Assembly (NCBI GenBank): GCA_013239625.1
Contig: MU053881.1
Coordinates: forward strand, 15,864,373-15,928,372
DNA: 64,000 nucleotides
From: Lama guanicoe
Taxonomy: Eukaryota
Direction: 5' to 3'
The notes under the pieces were generated by a model. The model saw only the letters and a program-made list of their open reading frames with translations, was not told the DNA's origin and did no database searches. Position numbers and translations under genes: made by a program. Below, piece by piece: positions 41,296-53,899 of this stretch; position 1 is the stretch's first letter, and the number at the start of each line of letters is the position of its first letter.

Positions 41296-43615
41296 AGTGA
41301 GTCTACACTAGATTCAGCCTACCCTTAAGGGGAAGATTGGATTACCAGGCCTGGATATCAAGACACAAAGACCAAAAGTCCCCCAAGGGGACCATCTCAG
41401 TAGCTACGTAATGTCTTGTGAATTCTCTGCCCGAAGACAAATTAAAACAACAGATGAATAAGGAAGATGAGAAAGCGGGGTTTTCTATACAGCATGAGTC
41501 AGCTATTTTCAGTTCGGATTTCTAAGCTGGTGAGAGAGCACAGGATAGCTAAGAAATTCCAGCTGGTGAGACAAATGGCCAAAATTAATGAAATTGACAA
41601 TGCCAAGTGTTTGAAGACATGGAGCCACTGAAATTTGCTTCGGGTGGGAGGGTAAATTGATACAATAGCCTTGGAAGTCTGCTTGGCCATATCTGCTAAA
41701 GCTGAAGCTAGGCCTCCCCTACCACCCAGAACTTCCACTCAGGGTATTTACCCAACAGGAACAAGTGTATATTCACCAAAAGACATATACAAGAGTGCTC
41801 AGAGCAGTTTCACTCAATGGCCAAGAACTGGGAACAATCTGAATGTCCATTGACAGGTGAACAGACTGCAGTATATTCACACAATGGAATACTACTCAGC
41901 AATGAACAAGAAGGAATTGCTGATACAGACAATACCCCCAGATAAATGTCACAGACATAATAGTGAACCTAATTAGCCAGTCTCAGGAAAGAGGACTTGT
42001 TGGGGCCTTGCCCTTAGGTCAAGTTCAAGAACAGGCAGAATGAATGATGGGGTAGAAGCCAGAAGCTTTGAGGGTTTGGCTGGGAGGGGGCCCAAGGGGA
42101 TGCTCAAGGCTGCCACAGATCAGCGCTCTGATCTGGGGGTAGAGAGAGCAGTAGGGGCCACAGCTGAGCTCTACAACATTTGAATACAAGAAGCATGGAG
42201 CTTGCCACTAACAGAGGCCACTCGGACTTGCATCCTCCATCCACTCTGCTTGGACTTTGGGCTGCAGAAACCTTCCAGCTGAGGATTTTCAGAGCCAGGA
42301 AGCATTTATGCAACAGTCAGCAGGGGCAGCTGAGAGAAACAGCCCCACATGAGTTATCCCTCAGAACTATCCTATGAAGGGAGGGCTGTTGAGATTCCCA
42401 TTGTAAAGGTGGAAAAACTGAGGTACTCAGGGTCTGGTGAGCATTTGAGCTACATTTCTCCAGAAATGTCCCTCTTAGTCCCCAGAATGCCTGGCTCAGT
42501 GCCCAGGAGTGAGCAAATGGCAGGATAAGTCTTCCTCTCCCTTGACTGTAGCCCAAGATGACATAAGCTTGGCTAGAGCTCTTAGGATTGATGTGGCCCA
42601 AGTTAGGAGTTGGGGGTTTGGGGCACAGGCCCCAGTGGGACTTACTGGCCTCTTTGTGAGGCTGTTCCCAGGCCCTGTGAGGCTCAAACGGTTAGGATTT
42701 TGCAGTCAGTGACCTGGCAATGACAGTTGGTCCAGTCGGACCCAAAGTCAGCTTGGTTCATCCAAGGGCCCCTGGTTACACACAGATGCCCTGGAAAGTG
42801 ATCCGGGGCCGGTTTCAGGGTGGCTGAGATCACAATCAGGGAGAACAAACAGCCTTTGCTTCCCGGCTGGATCAAATTCCAAGGCTGGCGCCGGACCAGC
42901 CTGGGCTGGGCCTGGTAGGTGCTGGCTGTGCCCAGAGGGAGAGATTTGGGAAGGTATCTTAGCACCTGAGTTCTAGTTTTTTCAAAGAAGCTGAAATATG
43001 TGTGGGAGGGGGTATATTTTGCAGTCTCCCCTCATCCACCTCTCCAGCATCGTTCACTGTCTCCACCCTCAGACTCGCAAGGCAGGGCTATACCTCCCCC
43101 ATCGGACCCCAGGGCAGGACTTTGCCTCCTCCCTCAGACCCCAGGGCAAGGGACTCTCGTCTCTTGGACCCCTGTGCAGGGCAGCGTCTGCCCCTGAAGG
43201 TCCCCAGGGCAGTGCTGTTAGATACAAGATTCTAGGTGGGTGGCATATCCTGGCGAGGCCCCATGTGACCCTTTCTGGCCAATGAGCTGTAAGCAGAAAT
43301 TTGACAAGACACTTGCAGGCCAGAGTATTTAACTGACAGCGTGAGACCTTTCTGAGTCCATCCCCACTATCTTGGAGGGATGCTGGCCACTCCTTCAGGT
43401 GTATTTCCACGTGACTACAACCAGCAGCCAGTTGCCCTGGGTACATGGTGTGACTGAAAAATAAGCCTTCACCTTAAGCTGCAGAGATCTGGGGATGCTC
43501 TTGACTGCAGCAGCAGCTGGGCCACCCTGCTATGGGGACCCAGGGAAGAAAGCCGAAAAGGAAGCCCATATGTGAGAAAGAAGGCATGAGCCTGGGGTGG
43601 TTCATTTAACATATA

Positions 43616-44398
43616 CAGTTGAACTTCACCATTGGTGGAGTCTGTATTCGTCAATTCTACTGGCTAAAATTTATTTGTGACCACCCCCAAATCAAGACTC
43701 ACAGTGCTTTTGTGATGATTGGTGGATATTCACAGAGCCAGGTGAAATTTGAGCCACCAGAGGTACATGTTCCCAGTTGAGGTGGGACGAGGTGATGCTC
43801 TGCTTTCCTGTTCCAGCTCTCTGACTGTAGACAGGTATTCTTTTTGAGGTCTAGCTAGTGGCACATTTTTCATTTTGGGGATTTTTTGGGGGGGAGGGGA
43901 GTAATTAGTTCTGTCTGTCTGTCTGTCTATCTATTCCTTTCAATGGATGTACTGGGGATTGAACCCAGGACCTCACGCATGCTAAGGACGCACTCTACCA
44001 CTGACCTATACCCCCGCCCCTGGCCCCATCCTTTTTTATTGGTGATTTTGCCATTTGAAAAGGCCCCCAAGTGTACTGTTGAAGAGCTATCTAGTGTCCC
44101 CAGGAGGAAGAAGGCCAGGATGTGCCTCTGGAGGAAATATTGTTTGATGAGCTTTGTTCAAGCATGAGCTTATGCTGCTGTTGGCTCTGAGTTCAATGTC
44201 AACAAATAGGCAGCATGTATTAAACAAGGTGTTTTGAAACACACAGAAAGTAAGGTTACATACTGATCACTTGACAGAAATCTGACCAGAGGTTTACAGG
44301 AACGCACCCGGATCTCCCCGAGGAATCCCTTATTTCCTAATTCAGTTTCCCCAAGACCTTATAGGAAGTAACTGCCGCCATTCACGAGAATCCACCGT
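43616..44398. mobile_element. Tc1/mariner (Tigger-like) DNA transposon remnant containing a SINE (about 43882-44020, minus)
   Basis: TA-CAGTTG start, Tigger-like internal motifs, nested reverse SINE. Confidence 0.6.
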
Positions 44399-44881
44399 TT
44401 GCATCCACCACACAGCGGAAGAAAGGGGATTTATAGAACTGATGGCTTGGTGGTTAAGACAGCAGGCTCTGGGTTCAAATCCCAGCTGTGAATTTAGCCA
44501 GCCCTAGCCTTGGTTTCCTTATCTTTGAAATGGCCCCAAAACCAAGGCTTCCCACTGGGGCTGGGAAGGACTAAATCACATACTGCCTATCAGGTGCTGG
44601 GATGTGGTACACGCGGTATAAACTGTAGATGTTACTATTACTACTGTCATGTGCAACGATGGAGGGGCGGGACCTAGTCTTGTCTGTGATCCAGAATCCC
44701 AAGTCTCAGTTTCTCCCTCCATAGAATGGGAGTGGCAGCAGTGCCCCCCTCCCCTCGCTGATTTCACCTACTTGCTTGGTGTGCATCCGCCCCGGCTCGT
44801 GCTCCATGTGTGTTGAAGATTACGAGCCACAAAGGACACACAGCCAGGATGGAGACTACAGATGGCACAGACAGCGTAGTG

Positions 44882-44887
44882 TTTATT
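44882..44887 (-). terminator. Probable poly(A) signal of MVB12A
   Basis: AATAAA on the minus strand about 280 nt after the MVB12A stop codon. Confidence 0.65.
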
Positions 44888-45164
44888 ACCAGGAGGATGC
44901 CTGCATGACCTCCAGGCATCAGAGTTTTGACACAAGTGACTTGAAGGCACTGGTTTCCGTCCAGCCCCAACCCCTGCCCACTGGGCAGGGGGCCCCATCA
45001 CCAAGTAGACCCAGTCCCACCCCCTCTTCCAGGGCTGCAGCTCCACTGGGTGGCCGAGGGTCCGGAATGCCTTGCACTGCCAAGGTTCCCAAAATAGAAT
45101 GGGGTGGACAGCTGCCGGTCCAGGAGTGTCAGGCAGGGGGCTCTTCCCTGGAGCTGGTTTGGGG

Positions 45165-48100
45165 CTAAGAGACACTGGGGGGCAGGCGGGCAGCCGCGGT
45201 CTTCTCCACCACGAAGCCATAGTTGTACTGAAGTAGGGTGAGGGGAGAGAACAGTGATGAAGGAGGAGGGGAGTGGGGGGAGGGGCCGGTGCCTGAGGAA
45301 TGGTGAGAGGTAGGGAAGCACTAGGAACGGAGGGATCTTGAGCCCTCGAGGTGGGATGTAGCTGGGATCATGGGGGCCAGAGGGAGACTGAGGTGGCCTG
45401 CAGCCCCCAACCCCACCCCCTCCCCAGCTCTGCACCTACCTCCTCCTCGATGTCTGCCAGCGACTTGATAGTCAGATCAGCAAAGGCAGAGAAGGCCTGG
45501 CAGGCAGGGGCAGGTCAGGCCCCAACCTGGAACCCCCATTCCCTTATCTTTAAGGAGAGCCTCCTCAATATTTGCCCAACCGTCCTCTCCCCCAACCTGC
45601 CATGACCTCTAGCCACCAGCATCCAGCCGCCCTTCTGGACTCCCTCATTCCGGGAGACCCTCCAGCCCCCACCCCTTGGTCTCCAGCCTCCTCCAACCCA
45701 GGAACTCCCCTCCATGAGTCACGGATGATGCTCCCGGCGTTCTGGTGCCTAGCAAGGCAGTGGGCAGGGGCTGACCCAGATTCCCCATGACCCTAACTCA
45801 CCAGGGGGCCACAGCTCTTGCCCTCGAATCGGGGGTGCAGTGTGAAGGGAACCCCATCCATGGCTGAAGAAAGCAGGTGGGAGGAAGGAGCTGAGGCAGC
45901 CTGCCTGCTGCCCATCCCAACCCAAGACGCCCATCCCAAAGGTCCCAGCTCTTCCCAGTCTTTACAGAATCGGGGAGGCCTAGGGATGGTCCAACCTTGC
46001 CCCTGCCCCTTCTGGACTATACAACCTCCGGCCAGTCTCACCCTGCCCCCACCCCTGTGCCTCAGTTTCCCTGTTCTGTGCTCACCTGACATGCCGTAGA
46101 GGTTGGAAGCCTCATAGATGGAGTCGCTTCTCCGCAGGGTAGACGCCCGGGAGCCCAGCCTTGACAGCGTCCGCTCCGGGAAGCCACCCTTGCTGGTGGA
46201 AGCAGGACAGCCCAGGTTAGGCCTGATGCCATTCCCCTTCCATGGCTGCTCCCATCCCTGAGCCCAAGGACTCACCTGGGCTGTCCAGGCGGGTCCAGGG
46301 AGAGGTCCCTCATATCTCGGCTGAGAGCTCGGGGCTTGGGCACTGGACGTGGGGCCTTGGCCTTCTTGCACCAGATGGCAAAGCCACCCATGTCCCTAGA
46401 GGAGGAGGAGAGAGGAGGGGCTCTGGTCTAAGATGCAGCCAGGGCTGAAAATAGCTGGCAGGGGAGGCAGGCTTCTGGGTGACCTCACATCTCAGCCAAC
46501 ACTGTCAGCAACATACTAACCAATGTTGCCGGGTTCAGTTACCATACTAGGCACTTTAGACACATCAACGCCTTTATTCCTCATGACCACCCTACAAGAT
46601 TGGTACAACTGTCCCCATTTTAACATGTGGAAACTGAGGCCCAGGGAGGTGGCAGAAGGGAAGGACTCATGGGAATCCTTGAGGATCAGAGGTGGAGATG
46701 AGACTTGGGGGGGTGAGGAAGGAGGCTAGAGACCGAGGGGGCAGCCCTACCCTACTCGCAGGTAACCAGGCACCGTCTTGGTCTTCCCACTCAGCCGGAC
46801 GTCAAATACAGCCGTGTCTGCGACCCCCAAGGGCACCAGCTTCACACACATGCGTTTCTTCTTGGACACAGAGGCCTCTGGGAGTGGGAGGCAAGGAGGG
46901 GAATGAGAAAAGGGAAGAAGAAACAGGGCAGGGGCCCAAAGATGGTTCCAGGATGATGCTCACCAGGGTGCTGTTTAAAGCAGTCACTTGAATGGTGTTA
47001 GGACAGTGGCTAAATCACGAATGGTAAGGCCAGAGGAGGGGACTCCATGCAGCTTTTAGGAGCCATTGGGGCAGGCTCATCTTTAGTGACATGGAGGAGC
47101 ATCCATGGGGTGGCCCTGGGTACCACAGCGAGGGTGGATAGCTGTGGGATCAGACAGAACAGGGTACCCAGCCTGGCCCCCTCCAAACTCACTTTCTCTC
47201 AGCCCTCTAATCCAGGGTTCAGCAAACTGCAGCCTGTGAGCCAAATCCGGTCCAAAGTCTCTTCCTCTATGGCTCATGAGCTAAGAGTGGTCTTTACATC
47301 CATACATATATGTAACAGATACCACCTGGCCTGCAAAGCCTAATATATTTACTACCTGGCCTTTTACAGAAAAATTTTGCCAAGTCCTGTATCAATAGAT
47401 ATATGCTAAGAGTTAAATATAAATGACAAGACATGATGGGGGCATGCACGGGAGGCAGGGAGAGCCTGATAGTTAGAAAGCAGAGCAGTCACGGCTGGGA
47501 GGACAACACTAGGGCAACCGAAGCCCGTGTGCAAAAGCCTGGAAATGAAAAATAGAACTGCGTGTGGTTCAGCTTGGCTACAGTGTTAGGAGACGGAGTA
47601 GTAACAGTAACAAAACAGGTTGCATTGACTGGACTCTTACTCTAGGAAAGAGACTGTACCAACCCCACATTTTTACCCAGGGCAGGACACATCGTCCCGC
47701 CCTAGATCAGGGCTCTTTAGTCCTCAGCCAACAATGTCGTCACCCAGTGCACCGAGAGGGCGGCCAAGACTCAAAATTCGCGCACCTGTGGTCAGTCCAT
47801 TCCCTCCCAGGTCCTCCTCTCAGGGACGCGAACGTGCTCCCCGACTCCACCCCATCCCACCCCGCTACATTGTCGACGCGAGACTCACTGGAGTCCAGGG
47901 GGTCACAGACTGGGGAGAATCCTGGCGGGAGGGGACTCTTGTCCACCAGAACCTGGATATCGACCACCACATTCTCCTGTGGATTCTAGGGTGGAGGGGG
48001 AGACACACAGCGAGTCACCCAGCAGCAGAGACGGCGCGCCCCGAGAATGGACAGCGCGAGTAGGAGGATCCCGGGGATTCTGAAGGCAGGCGCCACTTAC

Positions 48101-48417
48101 CTCTAGGCTGCCCAAAGGATTGAGGCACAGGAAGTAGCCAGATTTCTGCCCGAAGGTCTTGCCGAAGCTAGCAGGAGCCCCCTCCACGGTGCAGGAAATC
48201 TAAGGTGCGGACGCTGGTCAGCGCCAAGCTCCTACCCGACCGCAGCCGCCTCTGTCCCCATTAAAGCCCCCGCCCTGGTGCCGCCGCATCTCCCTTTACT
48301 TGTCCCGCGTCCCCCGACGTCGCTCACCGCACTGAATCCCCGCGGCGGAGGCGCGGAGGCCGACGACCAGGCCAGCCCAGCCAGCGGAGCCGCGTCGGTC
48401 CCCGGCCCTGGATCCAT
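45165..48417 (-). CDS. MVB12A: Multivesicular body subunit 12A (ESCRT-I, 273 aa)
   Basis: Exons (minus): 48417-48328, 48199-48101, 47985-47889, 46877-46751, 46395-46276, 46192-46086, 45863-45802, 45496-45440, 45227-45165. All GT-AG, 822 nt in frame: [37 protein letters not shown] ... [13 protein letters not shown] ... [20 protein letters not shown]. Confidence 0.97.
47213..47389 (+). mobile_element. hAT MITE (MER58-like) in MVB12A intron 3
   Basis: Terminal inverted repeats CAGGGTTCAGCAAA ... TTTGCCAAGTCCTG. Confidence 0.7.
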
Positions 48418-48810
48418 CCCGTGAGACAAGCGCGGAAGGCGGTAGACCGCCTCGGACCTCCGAGCCGCTGCCCGAGGAGAGTTCGGGCAGATATCTGAAC
48501 TACAACTCCCAGAAGACTTTGTGAGGTCGGGGCCGGAAGCGCCGTATGCGCGTGCTGGGAAAGCGACCCGCCAATGGCATGGAGACAATAAGCCACGCCC
48601 CCCGCCCTTCCCGCAAGTGCACCCGTGAGCGACGTTTGCGGAAAACTGTCTCGCTTTCTTCTCAGGCCCAGTAACTTCCGCCGGAAATGTCCGGGCTCAA
48701 CGCTTAGAGATTCGCTAGCTGCAAACCAGAACTGCGCTCCCCAGAATTCCTTGCGGTGTTAGCCTGTCCTCCAGAAACACAGTGGGTGTTTCCGGGAAAT
48801 TGGGGAGACA
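47690..48810. promoter_or_regulatory. CpG island / housekeeping-type promoter of MVB12A
   Basis: CpG-dense; ACTACAACTCCCAG (ZNF143/THAP11-type) at about 48499-48512, CCGGAAG ETS sites, CCAAT at about 48571, TTCCGGGAA at 48790-48798. Confidence 0.8.
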
Positions 48811-49187
48811 AGTATGAAAAACCCGCAATTCTAGTTCTAGAAAGTCATCCCAAGGAAAACTTCTATGGATTATGCAGTGATTAGTTTAACTAAAAATAGG
48901 GACCAATTTGAGCCATGAAATCTTGGTGTAACTTGAGGACTTGCTCACAGATACAATAAGGTTTTTTTTTAATGTGATATTAAAGTATTTAGTATGGCTG
49001 CTTGCTTTTACACCTTCAGGTGGAAGATATGGAAAGCTAGGGAACAGAATATTATCTACTTCTGCATGTTTTACAATTTTCTACAATATCATGTGTTAGC
49101 CCACCGCATGGTTTTTGTAACAGAGCACGACCCTATTGTTATCAGTGACCATCTGATATCTACAGTGGTGTTTGTAACTACCTCAAC

Positions 49188-49886
49188 TGTATAATGGTTT
49201 AAAGAGTTTTTCTCATGCTCTTGCTGACCAGGGTTAGGCTGGAGAGGAGGGAGGCATAGGTGGTCCACCCAAACCCTGGTGGTGCTGTGTGAGGGGATCA
49301 TGCTCAGTGCCCTGCTTTTGCCCCCAGTGCCCTCCTCATAACCCTGACACCTCAGAAGCGGCAGTGGAGTGTTTTGTGCATCTTGTTGTTCATAGTTGTT
49401 GATCCCTGTGGTTTCCTTGTATCCTGTTTTTCGAGCTGCAGGCCTCAGCCTGCTTAAAAGGCTAAAAGCATTTATCAGCCTGACTTTAAACTGCACAAAT
49501 TTTTCTCTAGAGCTCTTTTCTACAGAGCCTCTTTCTGTGCACCTTTTGTTCTAGGAACAAGAATATTAAGAAAGTCCCAAAGCCAGAGGTAAACTTCATA
49601 CCCAGCAGAAGGAAGGGGACCATTGTATCTGCAAAAACAAGAAAAACTTTGCAATAATTTGTTACCCTGTATATGATCTCTGTGGAAACTAGCTCCACCC
49701 CTTGAACTTGAACTTTTGCTATAAATCCCCCTGCCTTCTCTCCCCAACAGGCTTACAGTCTTAGAGGCATTAGCCCACTATGACCTCCTTTGCCTGGCAA
49801 AGAAATAAAGCTGCCTTTTCAACTTCATCCAAAACTCTGTCCTTGAGTCACAATTCAGTAAGCAGGGTACAGAGGCTGTGTTTCCA
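49188..49886 (+). mobile_element. Probable ERV1 solo LTR
   Basis: TG start, CTATAAAT at about 49719, AATAAA at about 49804, LTR-like U5 end; boundaries approximate. Confidence 0.5.
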
Positions 49887-49916
49887 CCTGTGAGCTAAGA
49901 ATGATTTTTATATTAG

Positions 49917-51044
49917 TGATGAAATAAAATTGTTCTTAAGGTGGGTCAAGAAAATTTTTACCATAAAATTTTCTCTGCTGTTTGGGCCACTACTCGCTCC
50001 CCTTCAGTATGTATTGTGCATCTGTAACTGAGCAGGACCCTATGGGGTCTTCCTGGGATAGGTCTGTCACCCCCAACCCCATCCCATGTTCTCCACCTGC
50101 CTCTTATTTGTAGAAAAACTAGCCTCATAGGCCTTCCCTGAGTTCTAAAGAATAAATTTAATCAGAGAAGTGGGAAAATGCAGAAGCAAAGGAAAACAGT
50201 CAAGCAAGACAAAACAGTAATAGTTTAGCCATTAAACAAAGTCAAGGACCTTTAGTTCCTCCTCAAGGGCTATAGATATTATGAGCCATATTCTTTGAGC
50301 CGTTTTGCAAATACTGAAACCATCACCAGGTGGAAGAAGTTAACTGTATGTTGCCCACAAACATGTAGAGCCCAATGGGTTGGAACCAGAAGGTTGATGA
50401 TGTTGACTCTTGATTACCTCACCACCAACCAATCAGAAGAATGTCCATAAGCTGATCATGTATCCCACAACTCCCACCCTCCCTCACCCCATCTTTAAAA
50501 ACCTTTCCCTGAAAGCCATCAAGGAGTTCAGATCTTTTGGACAGTAGCTGCCTGGACTTCTTGCTTGGCGCCCTGCAATAAACACTACACTTTCCTTCAC
50601 CACAATCCAGTGCCAACAGATTGGCTTTACTTCACTACAATCCAGTGGCAATAGATTGGTGCACGGGTAAACTGACCCAAGTTTGGTTTGGTAACACATT
50701 TGCATTATATATTAACTAGATCTCCTTAACGCAGGAATGCCTGCTCAACAGAAAAGCAATTTTCTTCTAGTGCTAGCAAGGGAACTCTTTATGAGATAAT
50801 AGTCCTTCCTAAATCCTGTAACGGGCCACAGTGGCCCACTACTCACATAATATGTGCAGACCTGGCCTCTGTAAATTGTCAGAACCCTGTCTTGAAAACT
50901 ATGCAACTGGGCTTCGACTTCTAACTGGCGGAACAGTCCTCAGAACTTTCTGAAAGACTCTCTCTTGGGTTATAATCTCAGATTGACTCAAATAAAATTC
51001 TCTAAATCTTTCTTAGATTAACTATTGACTAAATTTTGTTGATA
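49917..51044 (+). mobile_element. Older LTR split by a nested solo LTR, itself inside a MER58-like MITE
   Basis: MER58-like sequence resumes on both sides (49886-49914 and 51045-51130); AATAAA at about 50992. Confidence 0.6.
50023..50696 (+). mobile_element. Nested solo LTR (ERV1)
   Basis: TGTAAC...GTAACA termini, TSD CATC/CATT, AATAAA at about 50577. Confidence 0.8.
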
Positions 51045-51159
51045 TTTGTAAATGGAAGAAAACATCAAAAGAAGAATATTTAATGACATATGAAAATTAT
51101 ATGAAATTCAAAACTCAATGCCCATGAGGAAACAAACATCCTGGAAAAGATAACCCACT

Positions 51160-51656
51160 GAGATACAGAAGTGAAGAAACTATGGGTCCCCTTGAAGTAC
51201 CCCATTATTCCCACCACTTTGGAGGAATATTGGTTCCCAACGTCAGGAGTTCTCCCGATGAAATTTGAAACTGGTCCCCATACATAGAAGGCAAGGAAAA
51301 ACAAAAGAAAGAGGTAGACCATTCCAGGTTGGTAGGTGGTAGCTTTAATCAGCAATGGAACTTATTTATGAGGCTTTTTGGGGGGCAACCACAAGACCAG
51401 TAGATCTCCACACTGCTCACCAGAATCTTAAATGTTTATATAGAGGCCTTAACTGGATTCAGTCACATATACTGTTCAGATGGCCTCAACAACACTTTAC
51501 TCTATCAAAGCTGAGTCTTTGAAAATGGCTCCCATTGTGGGAATAGTGGGTGGAACATGCATTCTAAAGATGGGGAGCAGGGGTAAGGGGCCTCTGATTG
51601 CCAGGAGCCACAAGGGTCAACTGACAGTCATGTTCTCTCAATGACCTCCTCCAACA
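51160..51656 (-). mobile_element. 3' LTR of the outer provirus
   Basis: Minus strand: purine-rich AGGGGTGGCG followed by TGTTGGAGG, CTATATAAA at about 51435-51443, ATTAAA at about 51344; lies directly downstream of env. Confidence 0.7.
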
Positions 51657-51772
51657 CGCCACCCCTCGTGACCGGCTTGTACAATCTGACATGGCCCCCC
51701 CTTCTACAACATGTGATGAATGGTCAGCCAGGAGTATCATTAGCATGGAGGGGGCATGTTGGGTGGCTATCC

Positions 51773-52296
51773 TGAAGGAGATTTAGTAGGGAAACTGTGG
51801 ATGTGCCTGCACGCGGGACATCTCACAGAAGTGGCCGGACTTATCTGCAAACAGAAATTCCTGCCAAGTGACCCTTCCTCTTCGGAGGAACATTGTTCCA
51901 GGAGGAACATTGCTTGCAAACAAGGATGTTTATCTGTTCCTCAAAAGGAACAGGCCTGCGAACAGGAGGGTCTGAAAGCAATAAAGATACTTAGGATAAG
52001 GGAGTGAACAGGAGGGTCTGGAAACAATAAAGATACTTAGAATAAGAAAATGACTAGGAGGAATGTCTTAGATGTAGTGCGCTTGCATCAATTCAAAAAA
52101 TACTGTCTCGCGATGCTTGGTACGGGTTCGGGTTGCTCCTTTGTGTGGGGGGTATAAGAATAAAGAAACCAGAGCCTCGAGAGACTTTTTGCACCACAAC
52201 CGCTCAGGGATTCATTTCGTCGGCCACATTTTTGTAATTCATCTCGTCGGCCACATTTCGTCGGTCACATTTTTGTGATTCATTTCGTCGGCAACA
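51773..52296 (+). mobile_element. Young solo LTR with 5-bp TSD
   Basis: TGAAGG...GCAACA, perfect TSD TATCC (51768-51772 / 52297-52301), 41-bp U3 duplication, CpG-rich tandem repeats at the U5 end. Confidence 0.85.
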
Positions 52297-52362
52297 TATC
52301 CAGCTGCAATGGAGGCAGATAGCACAACAACAACATAGGCACATGCAAAAGGAAGCAGGGAT

Positions 52363-52495
52363 TGGGGTGGGAGGGTATAGCTCAATGGTAGAGTGTGTGC
52401 TGGGCATTCAAGAGGTTCTAGGTTCAATCCCCAGTCGTCCATTTAAATAAATAAATAAATAAACCTAATTACCTGCCCCTCCCAAAAAAGAAGAA
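52363..52495 (+). mobile_element. tRNA-Ala-derived SINE inserted in the env TM region
   Basis: Full head, body and tail. Confidence 0.85.
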
Positions 52496-53462
52496 ACATG
52501 GATTAAGATAACAATTCTCAAAATAAGTAACAATTTTTTTCCCACCAAGAGCCTCATGATTTGAATACTGATTTATTAAGTCCCTGAGGCTGGGAGTCAC
52601 TCAAGGCCTTCACTTGTGTCCTCATGTGCTTTAATAAAGATAATACGTTAGCAGACGCATCAGGCATGAACACACAACATTCTACTTGAATAATGACACA
52701 GGTGCCTCCTTGCAAGGCAATAATGATGTCCAAGGTCATCCTATTTTGAAGGACAGCTTTTCTCATTCCAGACATGTCACTGTTCAGGAAGCACAGACTT
52801 TGTCAACTATCACTTAAGACTTGCTGGGTGAATTGAGTAAGGGCTTCCATGAGTACTCCAGGCCAATAAAAGGGACAAAGACAGTGGTCAAATGATTGTA
52901 CCAGTGGAAAACAGAATGTGCCCATCTGGACTGGAGGAGAGGGAGGTTCACAACTTTTGTGACTGTGGGGTGGATTCTCTCTGCACCCAGGATGCAGCAG
53001 CCCCACCATCCAGGTGGAAGCCATGGCCAAATATTTTTGCCCCACATCCATTGGATCTCATTAAGGATTACCCAATAAATACCTGGGCGGCATGACCAGG
53101 CAGTGCCAAACCAGTCGCTATCCTTCATAGGACAGAATGCTGGCACTGTTTCCAATGATGTACTTCTCATATTCCTCATATTCCAACTGAGTTGGTTCTG
53201 TTGAGAATGTTTCTTCTGTTCCCAAAATAGAGGTGCCCAGGTACTCAAATATCCCTAACCTGAGGTAAACCACATGTACCCATCTCGGATCTAAGCATAA
53301 CCACCTGTGTCTCTGATGGTACTTTTATTGGTCAGCAGTTTGCTGGGCTGTCGGGGATGACTAACAGAAAAAGAATATCCCCTGCTCAGTGTTACTGATA
53401 GTGTGTGCCTGGTTTTTGGATCAGTATTGGTAATATCAGATGAATTAAAGGCACTAATCTAA

Positions 53463-53603
53463 GGGGGAGGGTATAGCTCAGTGGTAGAGTGCATGCTTAG
53501 TATGCATGAAGTCCTGGGTTCAATCCCCAGTACCTCCATTTAAAAAAAATCAAAATAAATACATACCTAATTACCTCCTCCCTACTAGAAAAGGAAAAAA
53601 AAA
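53463..53603 (+). mobile_element. tRNA-Ala-derived SINE inserted in the env SU region
   Basis: Near-consensus GGGGAGGGTATAGCTCAGTGGTAGAGTGCATGCTTAG... Confidence 0.9.
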
Positions 53604-53899
53604 AGAGCTTTCATCCAGGTTTGTTTTTCTGTAATGTAATATACTGTGTTAGCGCCTTCTAATTCCCTCACTGGAGTGTTGGTGCCCACCACGGCAATCC
53701 TGATGAACTAGCGAGGAGCAGTTTTTCACATATCCAACAGCTGGAGTGATTCCTTTGCTGGGCATATGTGTGGGTCCCTTTGGTGCCCACCCTGTGACTG
53801 GACAGCACAGAAGCAGCAGGAGTCTAAGGTCAAAAAGACAGATCCTTAGTACGAACTTGCAGGGGAAGTCTTCCCCTTCACACTTATGACCTGATCCTT

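Larger units (their letters stand above)
52302..53830 (-). pseudogene. env: Degraded gamma-type retroviral env
   Basis: SU CWIC (53728-53739), immunosuppressive domain LQNRMTLDII, CX6CC (CVIIQVECC), TM segment with Cys-rich tail; frameshifts and two SINE insertions. Confidence 0.85.

Noticed and set aside
52210..52296. CRISPR-like direct repeats
   Set aside because: Eukaryotic DNA, no unique spacers, no cas genes; it is a tandem duplication at an LTR end.
53463..53540. tRNA-Ala-like sequences (this and the other copies)
   Set aside because: They carry SINE bodies, A-rich tails and TSDs and have disrupted stems, so they are SINEs, not tRNA genes.
52302..53830. Domesticated syncytin-like env
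   Set aside because: Frameshifts, lost furin motif and two SINE insertions.
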